Made by a program: the position numbers and the translations under genes. The notes beneath the pieces are model-generated. The model ran no database searches and was not told where the DNA came from. It was given only the letters and a program-made list of their open reading frames with translations. A stretch of 64,000 nucleotides of DNA from Mobula birostris (lineage: Eukaryota): NCBI RefSeq assembly GCF_030028105.1, contig NC_092396.1:3286001-3350000 (forward strand), given 5' to 3'. Positions 26,446-37,536 of this stretch are shown here, one piece after another (the first letter of the stretch is position 1; each line of letters opens with the position of its first letter).

Positions 26446-27185
26446 AGAATCAGGTTTATTATCACCGGTATGTAACGTGAAATTTGTTAACTTAGCAGCA
26501 GCAGTTCAATACAATACATAATCTGGGGGGGGGGGGGGGGAGAGAGAGAGAGAGAGAGAGAGAGAAAATAAATAAAATAAAACATAATAAATAAACAAGG
26601 AAATCCATTATGTATATTGAATAGATTTTTTAAAATGTGCAAAAGCAGAAATACTGTATATTAAAAATGCGAGGTAGTGCTCACGGGTTCAATGTCCATT
26701 TAGGAATTGGATGGCAGAGGGGAAGAAGCTGTTCCTGAATTGCTGAATGTGTGCCTTCAGGCTTCTGTATCTCCTTCCTGATGGTAACAGTGAGAAAAGG
26801 GCATGCCCTGGGTGCTCGAGGTCCTTAATAATCGACACTGCCTTTCTGAGACACCGCACCCTAACGTTGTCCTGGGTACTTTGAAGGCTAGTGCCCAAGA
26901 CAGAGCTCATCCCAACATATTGATGTAGTTATAAAGAAAAGCAAGACAGCGGCTATACTTCACTAGGAGTTTGAAGAGATCTGGCATATCAACAAGTACA
27001 CTCAAAAACTTCTATAGATGTACCGTGGAGAGCATTCTGACAGGCTGCATCACTGTCTGGTATGTGGGGGGTGGGGCTACTGCACAGGACCAAAAAAAGC
27101 TGCGGAGGGTTGTAAATCTAGTCAGCTCCATCTTGGATACTAGCTTACAAAGTACCCAGGACATCTTCAGGGAGCAATATCTTAT
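26445..27185. mobile_element. Rex1/Babar LINE pieces in inverted arrangement, with (G)n(AG)n microsatellite at 26525-26565
   Basis: Minus ORF 26689..26910 (C-terminus) abuts plus ORF 26971.. (upstream part). Confidence 0.8.
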
Positions 27186-29794
27186 GGTGAGGGCAGAAAA
27201 TTACTTTGTTCTCCTTTACACTTGTGTACTGGAAGTTACATTAAACAATCTTGTATCTTCAATTGATGGTACAGTGTGCACATTGAGAATTACAACTCCT
27301 GTGTGGCTACCACTGGATCACACAAACTGCACTATCCAACAGACTGTCTCCAAACATGACAAACAACAGTCTCCAAGTAAAACGAATGACGTAGAAATGT
27401 AATATATTGGACATTATGCTAGCATGGAGCATGAGCACTGAAAAGAAAACAATTTTTCCTAGGGTCTCAATGGCAATTTTCAATATTAAAACAAGTGAAA
27501 CATTTAGCAAAATAAGTTGGTTTATTATTGTCATGTGTACTGAAGAAGTGAAAAACTTGCACAGATAACTTCATCAAAGTTCGAAGTAAATTTATTATCA
27601 GAGTACATAGCATGTCGCCATATACAACCCTGAGATTCATTTTTCTGCGGCATACACAGTAAATACAAGGAACACAGTAGAATCAATAAACGATCTCACC
27701 CAACAGGACAGGCAGACAACCAATGTGTGAAAAACCAACTGTGTAAATATATAAATAAATAAGTATCCAGAACATGTGATGAAGAGTCCTTGAAAGTGAG
27801 TCCATAGGTTGTGGAATCAGTTCAGTGCTGTGGTGTGTGAAGTTACCTCCTCTGGTTCAAGAGCCTGATGGTTGAGGGGTAATAACTGTGCCTGAACCTT
27901 GAACCAGGATGGATATTTAGTGCTTAAAATGAAACAAATTTACCAGGTGGGGTCTCAACAATATTTTTCAATAGTACCTTAAATGAAAAAGTTGGTCTAT
28001 TATTAAATGTACTATCTCTGCATACTATCTACACAGATAATTTCATCACCTTGGTGATCTGAGGTAACAAAATAACAGAATGCAGGAAGGATAAAGTGTA
28101 ACAGCTACAGAGAAAGAGCAGTGCAGGCAGACAATAAGGTGCAAGGTTATAATGACATAGATTGTGAGGTCCAACATCCATCTTACTGAACTAGGTGTAA
28201 CAAAAATTATTTTAAAATTCATTCTGTGCTCTTTCCTGATTCAGCAATAAGCATTCGCTTATTCAGTCTCAAAGGAGGCACTGTACACAGGTTAAATCAC
28301 AAGAAATCACTTTGCTAGTTATATAAAACGTGCAGGGTAGTATATGATCACATGTATTGCAGAAGTGAAAAACTTGCTCAGCATCCATTCAGATAATTTC
28401 ATCAAAATTCAAAGTAAATTTATTATCAAAGTACTCATCATATACAACCCCGAGATTCATACTTTATGCACATATATGTACTTTGATAATAAATTTAATT
28501 TAAACTTAGAAAAGGGAAACAAATGGTTATTGAAGTAAGTACAAAAAACACACTGAACTTACCAAAGGAGCCGAGGTGCAGCACGCCGACAAACTTCCAT
28601 GCAGCCTTCTCTCTCCCAATGTACTCACAACCCCCCCCCACGACATACTTGCCCTTATCTTCTCAACTCTACCACTAAGAGAAGATTCTCCCCTTCTCTT
28701 TCTCTCACCCTCCTCTTGCACCGAGGAATTGTCCCGTTTTTATACCCTTCCAAACCCCTTACACTAGAACTTTCCCATGAAATTCTCTTCCATTTGGTGT
28801 CTGTACCCACACAATGATCCCACCTTACGAAGAAAACAATGACTTTCTCCATTACCCACTGTCACTGTTAGCCGGAATGGTATCCTCAACTGCAGAAGGT
28901 TCCTCCCCTTCTGTCATGAATAATAAGGACTCATGCAAACTAGAACATTCCGAAACCTGTTTTTCTCTTTAATTAACAAAGCATGAAGCAATGTTGCAGC
29001 TCTGTAAAAATTGGAATATTGTGTTCAGTTCTGGTTGCCTGGTTTTGAGGAGGATGTGGAAACTTTCGAGAGGGTTCAGAGATTTACTAGCCAAAATGTC
29101 AACTGTTTATTCCCCATCCATAGATGCTGTCCTGCTGAATTCCCCCAGCATTGTGTGCATCTGTTTCTCTGGTTTTCCAGCATATGCAGTATCTCATGTT
29201 TATGTTTTACTCAGATGCTGCTTGGATTGGAGAACTTGTCTTTATGAGGGTAGGTTGATCCAGTTAGGGGTTTTCTCTTTGGAGAGATGGATGAGAGGGG
29301 ACTTGTTGGAGATGTATAGGATACATAGATCGAGTGGATAGCCAACAATAATGCTCCAAACCGTATGTCTTTGGAATGTGGGAGGAAACTGGAACACCTG
29401 GCGGAAAGCCATGGTCACAGAGAGAGATTACAAACTCCTTATGGAATGGCAGGAATTGAACCGGAACCGCTATGCTACCATGCTATAACCAAATGGTAAC
29501 CAGAAAGGCAAATGGAAACAGCTGGGGGGGGGGGGGAGAGGGAGGAGTGAATACAGAAAGTTAGTGAAATTGATCTTCATGCCATCAGGTTGGAGGGTAT
29601 GAACACGAGATGTTGCTCCTACAACCTGAGTTTGGACTCGATGTGCTTACCAGCACATTTGAACACACTGCAACCCTGTAATTTTGGAGCAAATCCCTTC
29701 TTGCTGCCATTGTCTGAACTTCAATCAGAATCCAGCCACTATGATGTTTTTGCAATAAATATCACAGATAAAATTCAGTGTTTCGGTGCTTGTC

Positions 29795-30045
29795 CACACA
29801 CACTGGACTGTCTGTGCGCATGCGCACACACACAAGCACTCATACAGAATTATCCATGCACACTGGACTGTCCACACAAACACACACTCATACAGAATTA
29901 TCCATGCACATGCACACACACTGGACTGTCCACAGATACACTCACACGCATATGGGATTGTCCACGCACACACCCACATGCACAGGACTGTCCACACACA
30001 TGCGCACACACACACACACACCCTACACTGTCCACACACATGGGA
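29795..30045. repeat. Degenerate CA-rich minisatellite (CACACACTGGACTGTCCAC-type units)
   Basis: Visible repeat; explains the His/Thr/Cys/Val-rich ORFs here. Confidence 0.85.
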
Positions 30046-30114
30046 TTGGCACATTAAGACTTCACAGAAAGGACTCCATGTGATGAAGCAGCCTGCGAAT
30101 TAGCACCAATCACT

Positions 30115-30175
30115 GCCAAAAAACACCACAGTCAAAAGCCTTTTATATTTATTTTCATACAAAATACATAAAGGG
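30115..30175 (-). terminator. PPIH polyadenylation site
   Basis: AATAAA (minus) at 30148-30153, two upstream TGTA elements, and a downstream GT/T-rich tract (TGTGGTGTTTTTT); implies a ~0.53-kb 3'UTR. Confidence 0.75.
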
Positions 30176-30662
30176 TTCTTCAAAAAACTGGTCTGATTAA
30201 AACAGTAAAAGTAACTGAATGTGTACAAAAATCACAGTTAATAAGAACTCCAATAAGCCACTTTCTATTATAATTTATGATATTTGTCACAGCGAGCAGA
30301 CTACTTCAAAATCAAAATCTAAGATTTTTAAACTTGTCACAAAGGCGGGTAAGCCAATATTTTACTTGGAAAAAGGAAGGGTAGTGCATGTCTGTATCGA
30401 ATCAAAAGCAGGCTGTGTTGATATACTGTGACTGATGAGGTTTAAGACTAGGCATCAAGTAGTTACACCAATAAAAATATGGTTTGAGCTAGCTGATGTA
30501 CGTAGTACATAAAATTTTCTTTCTGAAGTGGAAAGCATCCACATCAGCCTGATCAGCCACTTGCTGTTTTCCCAGCTGAGGAGTATGCAGGTTATTCAGT
30601 AAGTCTCTCTCAGTGCGGTGTGGCGCGGCGCTGTGAGGGTGCTCTTCTCTTGTCAGCTTGCT

Positions 30663-30731
30663 TTACATCTCTCCACACTGGGCAATCACCACAGGAAGCT
30701 TGGGTTTATTGCTGGGGCCTGTGGGAACATT
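30663..30731 (-). CDS. PPIH: PPIH exon 9, last coding exon ([22 protein letters not shown])
   Basis: ctgcag acceptor, TAA stop; the nine exons sum to 534 nt = 177 aa + stop. Confidence 0.97.
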   Translation of the reverse strand, partial: NVPTGPSNKPKLPVVIAQCGEM

Positions 30732-31021
30732 CTGCAGGTAGAAGGTAGAGAAATGAGTAGATAAAACAAAACTGTCCACACATTTACAGGATTTGCTATC
30801 AAAACACCCGATCATCCTGTAACCTGACAATTTGCTGGTCAATCTTTCACACTGGTGGACAAGGTATATCAAAGCTAAATGTGTCGATTAGACGCAGATG
30901 CAGGACAAGTAAGCGATTAACAGACCGAGAACGATGTGACTAATGACTGGAAGTACGAGAATGGTTAAGGGAATATAAGCTACAGGTGAGTGGGTAATCA
31001 AGGGCAACAATGCCTGTTTAA

Positions 31022-32160
31022 CTTTGCAGTGGAACTTCTGTGGGTGGAAGTTAGGAATAGGAAGGGGTCAATAACTCTACTGGGTGTTTTTTATAGACCA
31101 GGGACATCAAGGAGCAGACAGGGAGACAGATTCTGCAAAGGTGTAATAATAACAGGGTTGTTGTAGTGGGAGATTTTAGAGTGAGGGGTTTAGATGGGGT
31201 GGAGTTTGTTACATGTGTTCCGGAAGGTTTCTTGACACAGTATGTAGCTAAGCCTACAAGAGCAGAGGCTGTACTTGATCTGGTATTGGGAAATGAACCT
31301 GGTCAGGTGTCAGGTCTCTCAGTGGGAGAGCATTTTGGAGATAGTGATCACAATTCTATCTCCTTTATCATAGCATTGGAGAGGGATAGGAACAGACAAG
31401 TTAGGGAAAAGTTTAATTGGAGTAAGGGGAAATATGAGGCTATCAGGCAGGAACTTGGAAGCATAAATTGGAAACAGATGTTCTCAGGGAAACGCATGGA
31501 AGAAATGTGGCAAATGTTCAGGGGATATTTGCATGGGGTTCTACATAGGTATGTTCCAATGAGACAGGAAAAGGATGGTATTACGAGCCGAGAGGTAATG
31601 TTGCAGCTGTATAGGACCCTGGTCAGACCTCACTTGGAGTACTGTGCTCAATTCTGGTCGCCTCACTACAGGAAGGATGTGGAAACCATAGAAAGGGTGC
31701 AGAGGAGATTTACAAGGATGTGGCCTGGATTGGGGAGCGTGCCTTATGAGAATAGGTTGAGTGAACTCAGCCTTTTCTCCTTGGAGCGATGGAGGATGAC
31801 AGGTGACCTGATAGAGGTGTACAAGATAATGAGAGGCATTCATCGTGTGGATAGTCAGAGGATTCTTCCCAGGACTGAAACGGCTAGCACAAGAGGGCAT
31901 AGGTGCTTGGAAGTAGGTACAGAGGAGATGTCAGGGGTAAGTATTTTATGCAGAGAGTGGTGAGTGTGTGGAATGGGCTGCCGGCAGCAGTGGTGGAGGT
32001 GGAAACGATAGGGTCTTTTAAGAGACTCCTGGATAGGTACATGAAGCTTGGAAAAATAGAGGGCTATGGGTAGGCCTAGGTAGCTCTAAGGTAAGGACGT
32101 GTTCGGCACAGCTTTGTGGACCGATGGGCCTGTGTTGTGCTGCAGCTTTTCTATGTTTCC
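31022..32160 (+). mobile_element. Internally deleted CR1 LINE, antisense in PPIH intron 8
   Basis: Endonuclease remnant (PTRAEAVLDLVL, SDHNSI) joined at ~31580 to the C-terminal LYRTLVRPHLEYC region; TTTCTATG tail. Confidence 0.9.
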
Positions 32161-33068
32161 GATGTCATTGTCACTTTCATTTTGTAGCAACAGTAAATAC
32201 TTCTTTCTTCAGTCATTGCAAATACAAACGGCAAGCGCTCAAGTCATTATTTCTCACTGAAACCTATCGAATACTAAAAGGTTGAGACAGAGTAGATGTG
32301 GATAGGATGTTTCCTATAGTGTGTGGGTGGGGGTGAAGGAATCTAGGACCAGAGGGCACAGTCTCTAAATAGAAGGATGCCCATTTAGAACAGAGATGAG
32401 GCTTAATTTCTTTAGCTAGAAAATATTACTTAATGGTGTTGGTTCATGGCATAAAAAGAGTCTGGGAACCCTGAGCCCGAGCACGGTGAATCTGTGGAAT
32501 TTATAGTTACAGATGGCTGTGGAGGCCAGCTCACTGGGTACATTTACAGTGGAGGTTGATAGGTTCTCGATTAGTCAGGGGATCAAAGGTTACAGGGAGA
32601 AGGCAGGAGAATGGGGTTAAGAGGGATAAGAAATCAGCTATGATGTAATGGAAGAACAGACTCGATGGGCTTACTGGCTCAGTTTTGCCCCTATGTATTA
32701 TGGTTTATTGCTCAAAGATTGGTACAGGGAATGTGTTGAGGTTTGACAAGGTCCATCTTTTTGTACTATTATGTCCACTGAAAAATTCCCTTTGTGGCCA
32801 CTCCCAGTTTGTTGGAGAGCACACATCTTGTCTACCCTGTCTACGTTTAATGAAGTGGAGAAGAACAGGCACTATAAGGCACCTTGCTTCGAGGCTGCAC
32901 ATTCCTTACAAAAAACCCCGCAGTTTATTTTAAGCTTAAGTGCACATTAGATATGAAGTAAAAATACTTGCAGTAGATAGAATGTAAACAATTTGCAGAG
33001 CCAACATTTAACTTCTTGACGTTATTTGCTTCTCAGCTATGAAAATATTCAAATGAATCATTACTAAC

Positions 33069-33109
33069 CTCTATTTTTCTCATTACGAGCAATCCATCAA
33101 CGATTTTAC
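33069..33109 (-). CDS. PPIH: PPIH exon 8 (GKIVDGLLVMRKIE)
   Basis: 41 nt, tccag acceptor, GTTAGT donor. Confidence 0.96.
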
Positions 33110-33964
33110 CTGGATTAAAAAAAGAAAACAAGATTTTCAGTGCAACACACACAGATGCTGGAGGAACTGAGCAGGCCAGGCAGCATCCATGGAATAAACA
33201 AACAAGTCGACGTTTTGGGCCAGAAAAGAAGGGAGATGTAGACAGAATAAGAAGATGGTGGGGGTGAGGGGAAGGAGTACAAGATAGAAGGTGATAGGTA
33301 AAGCCAGATGGGTGGGGGAGGGGGAATGATTTTCAAAATTGTTTGCTTAAAGACTAAATGAAATGTCAAGGCTTTACTGATAACCTCACGGGCGAGGTGG
33401 AATGGTACAGGCCATGGCAGTGTTTCTGTGAAAGACCCAGAGACAGCTTTACCACTCTTACCCTACCATGAACACCTTGCTGATACTGCTCTATCCAGCC
33501 TTGTGAGGATAGGCCGAGCAAGCTAGGTCTTTCCTCGTTAGAGTGAAGGAGGATGAGAGGTGATTTGATAGAGGTGTAGTAGATGACAAGAAGCAAAGAT
33601 CGAGTGGACAGCCAGAGGCTTTTTCCCAGGGTGAAAATTGCTAAGGCAAGGGGGCATAGGTTTAAGGTGGTTGGAGGATAGTATGGGTGGGTGGGGTGGG
33701 GGGGTATGTCAGAGGTTAAGTGGTATGTTAGTGGGGCGTGGTAGAGGCAAATACATTAGAGACTTTTAAGGGATTTTTCAATAGGCACATAAATGATAGA
33801 AAAATCGAGGGATATGTAGGAAGGAAGGGTTAGATTGACCCACCATAAAAGGCAGGATCTCCTGGTGGCTACTCATTTCAATTCAGCTTTCCATTCCCCT
33901 CTATCAGTCCGTGGTCTCCTCTACTGCCACGATGAGACCACATTCAAGTGGAACATCGACTTAG

Positions 33965-36860
33965 ACCAGAAAACCATATGACAAAGGAGTAAAATTAGAC
34001 CACTCGGCCCACTGAGCCTGTCATAGCTGATTTATTATTCTTCATTCTCCTGCCTTCTCCCCATAACCTTTGATGCCCTTACTAATTGAGAACCTAACGA
34101 CCTCTGCTTTAAATATACCCAGTGACTTGGCCTCCACAGCTGCCTGTTGCAATGAATTCTACGGCTTCATCACCCTCTGGCAAAAGAAATTCCTCTTCAT
34201 CTCCGTTCTAAATGGAAAATCCTCTATTCAGAGGCTGTATCCCCTGGTCCTAGACTCCCCAACTAGATCCAGATCTTTTAATATTTAATAGGTTTCAATG
34301 AGACCACCCTCTCATTCTTCTAAACTCCAATGAGTTTATCACCAATCGGCAGATTGAAAAGTATATAAAGGTCAAACATTCGGAGGACACACCACAATCA
34401 ACAGTGGACTAATAATGTCTTCTTGTATGGTGATGAAACTTTTGCAATTAAATTGCCAAGATCAGAGAACAGTTCAACTCAACCATCAATTCTTATCCAA
34501 ATCATTGACATATAACGTGAAAAGAAGCAGTCCCTACTCTGACCCCTGTGGAACACCACTAGTCATTGCTAGCCAACCAGAATAGGCCTCCTTTATTCCA
34601 ACTCTTTGCCTCCTGCCAGTCAGCAAATCTTTTTTCTGTGTTAGCATCTTTCCTGTAATACCATAGGCTCTTAACTTGTTAAGCAGACTCATGTGTGGCA
34701 CTTTGTTAAAGGCCTTCTGAAAAATCCAAGTACACATCATCTACCGATTTTCCTTTGTCTTTCCTGCCTATTATTTCCTCAAAGATTTCCAATAGATTCG
34801 TCAGGTAAGGTTTTCCCTTAAGGAAACCATGCTGACTTTGGCCTACTTTATCACATCTCCAAGCACCCCAAAACCTCATTCTTGACAATTGACTCCAACA
34901 TCTTCCCAACCATTGAAGTCAGGTTAACTGGCCTATAATTTCCTGCCTTCTGCCTCCTTCCCTTCTTAAAGAGTGGAGTGACATTTGCAAATGTTCAATT
35001 CTCCAGAATTATTCCAGAATCTAGTGATTCTTGAAAGATCATTACTAATGCCTCCCCGATCTCTTCAGCCAACTCTTTCACCACCCTGGGATGCACACCA
35101 TCTGATCCAGGTGACTTATCTTCAGACCTTTGAGCTTCCCAAGCATCTTCCCCTGAGTAATAGCAACTACGTTCACTTCTGCCCCCTCAAACTCTTGAAT
35201 TTCTGGCATACTGCTAGTATCTTCTATAGTGAAGACTGACACAAAATGCTTATTCAGTTCCTCTGTCATTTCTTTACCCCCCCCCCCATTACTACTTCTC
35301 CAGCATCATTTCCCATTGGTCCAATATCCACTCACATCTCTTTTACTCTTTATATATTTGAAAAAACTTTTTGTATCCTCTTTGATTTTATCAGCTAGCT
35401 CACCTTCATATTTCATCGTCTCTCTTTGTATTTTTCACTTGCCTTCTGTTGTGTTTTTAGAAGCTTCTCAATCCTTTAACTTTTTTTACTATATATCCTC
35501 TCTTTTGCTTTTCATGCTGTACTTGACTTCCCTTGTCAGCCACGGTTGTCTCATCCTCTCTTTTGAATATTCCTTCATCTCTAGGGTGCATCTATCCTGT
35601 GCCTTCTGAATTGACCAGAAACTCCAGCCATTGCTATTCTGCCATCATCCCTGCTAGTGTGCCTTCCCAATCAACTTTGGCCAGCTCCTCTCTCATGCCT
35701 CTGTAACTGTTTTTACTCCACTTTAATGTTGGTACATCTGACTTTATCTTCTCCTTCTCGATTCGCAGGTTGATTATGATCACTGCTTCCCAAGGGTTCC
35801 CTTACCATAGCTCCCTAATCAAATCTGGGTCAATACATAACACCCAATCCAGAATTGTCATTCCCCTAGTGGAGTCAACAATAAACTGCTCTCAAAAGCC
35901 ATTTCAAAGGCATTCTACAAATTCCTTCCCTTGGGACCCTGCGCCAACCTAATTTTCCCAATTTACCTGCATATTGAAATCCCTAATTACTGTCATAACA
36001 CCGCCCTTATTACATTCTTTTTCTATTTCCCATTGAAATTTACATCCCACATCCTGGCCACTGTTTCGGAGCCTGTATTTAACCCCCCTCAGGGTCTTTT
36101 TACCCTTGTAGTTTCTTAACTCTGCCTACAAAGATTCTACATCTTCTGAACCTATGACACCTCTTCTAAGGATTTAGTTTCACTTTTTTTTAACCTACAA
36201 AACTACACCATCACCTCTGCCTACCCGCTTATTCTCTTGATACAAGGTATATCCTTGGATATTAAGCTCCTAACTATGATCTTCTTTGTAATATCATTCT
36301 ATTCCTGTCCTGACTAGCACAAGGCACTGTGAGTAATCCTGAGATTACTACCTTGGAGATCCTGCCCTCCAGCCTCTTTCCAAACTTTCTATACTCACTG
36401 CCCGGGACCTCTTCCCCCTTTCTACCCATGACACTGGTGTCAATGTACACCACGACCTCTGGCTGCTCGCTCTCCCTCTTGAGAACCTTCTGCAGCCGCT
36501 CCGAGACATCCTGGACTAGCACCTGAGAGGCAACATGCCATTCTAGTTTCCCTTTTGCAGCTACAGAATCTGCTGTTTGTCCCCCGAACTACTGAGTCTC
36601 CAATCACTACCATTCTGCCTGACTTTACCCTTCCCTGCTGAGCCCCGAGAGATCATCCCCACCAGCAGTATCCAAAGAGCCACATGTTGCTGACGGGAAC
36701 AACCACAGGGGATTCCTGTACTGATGGCTTACTCCCCGTACTCCTCTGGCTGGTCACTCATCTACCATGTGAAGCCTGAACACTGGGTGTGACCACCTCT
36801 ATGGAACTTTCAGCCTCCCGGACAGTCCTGAAAACATCCAGCTCCTTGATTTCTTTAACT
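33965..36860 (-). mobile_element. Long decayed CR1 LINE (ORF1 esterase + ORF2), PPIH intron 7
   Basis: ORF 36274..36522 is esterase-like; RT remnants 34534-34909; CR1 3' end ~33965-34330. Confidence 0.88.
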
Positions 36861-37223
36861 TCTTGCAATCTCTGCACCCTCCCTCCTTCTCTTTTTCCAT
36901 TCCTCACTCTAGTTCCCTTCTCCGTACCTGCACATCACCCTCTTCTGCTTCCACACCTCCTTCCCTTTCTCCCGTCGTCCACTCTCCTCTCCGATCAGAT
37001 TCCATCTGCTTCAACGTTTTACCTCCCATCTTTTTACTTCATCTCCTCCCCCCCTTCCCCTCACCTGCCAGCTTGTCCTCTTTCCCCTCTTGCCACATTC
37101 TTATTTTGGCTACTGCCCCCTTCCTTTCCAAGATTTCTGGCATCTTTGGGTGTTTATGATTTGCTAACCCTGTGGACAACAGCTGCCATCATATTGCCAA
37201 GTGGAGAGATGCAGTTTCCTTAC

Positions 37224-37311
37224 CAAAAACGACGTGTTTCCCATCGAGCCAGTCACATTTAGCACAGGTAATAAAGAACTGGCACCCATTTGTATTAGGG
37301 CCACTGTTTGC
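37224..37311 (-). CDS. PPIH: PPIH exon 7 ([29 protein letters not shown])
   Basis: 88 nt, aacag acceptor, GTAAGG donor; [10 protein letters not shown] motif intact. Confidence 0.97.
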
Positions 37312-37443
37312 CTGTTAGAACAGAAATGTAGTTACCATAGACATTAAATAGAATGCAGCTTTGAGGTTTTAATCCTAAAAATAAAAATGCTCTGATGGAC
37401 TGAATGCTTGAAATGTTACATAAGCAACATGAGTGTCTCTTAC

Positions 37444-37536
37444 CATTGACAACAGACCGGGACTAGTGTGTTTTATCTTGAAGTTTTCATCAGCAAACGG
37501 TCCTCTGTATATGCTACATACACCAGTCCCATCTCC
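37444..37536 (-). CDS. PPIH: PPIH exon 6 ([31 protein letters not shown])
   Basis: 93 nt, cacag acceptor, GTAAGA donor; visible inside ORF 37375..37686. Confidence 0.97.

Noticed and set aside
29590-30103. His/Thr/Cys-rich ORFs resembling metal-binding proteins
   Set aside because: Translation of a CA-rich repeat; open on both strands.
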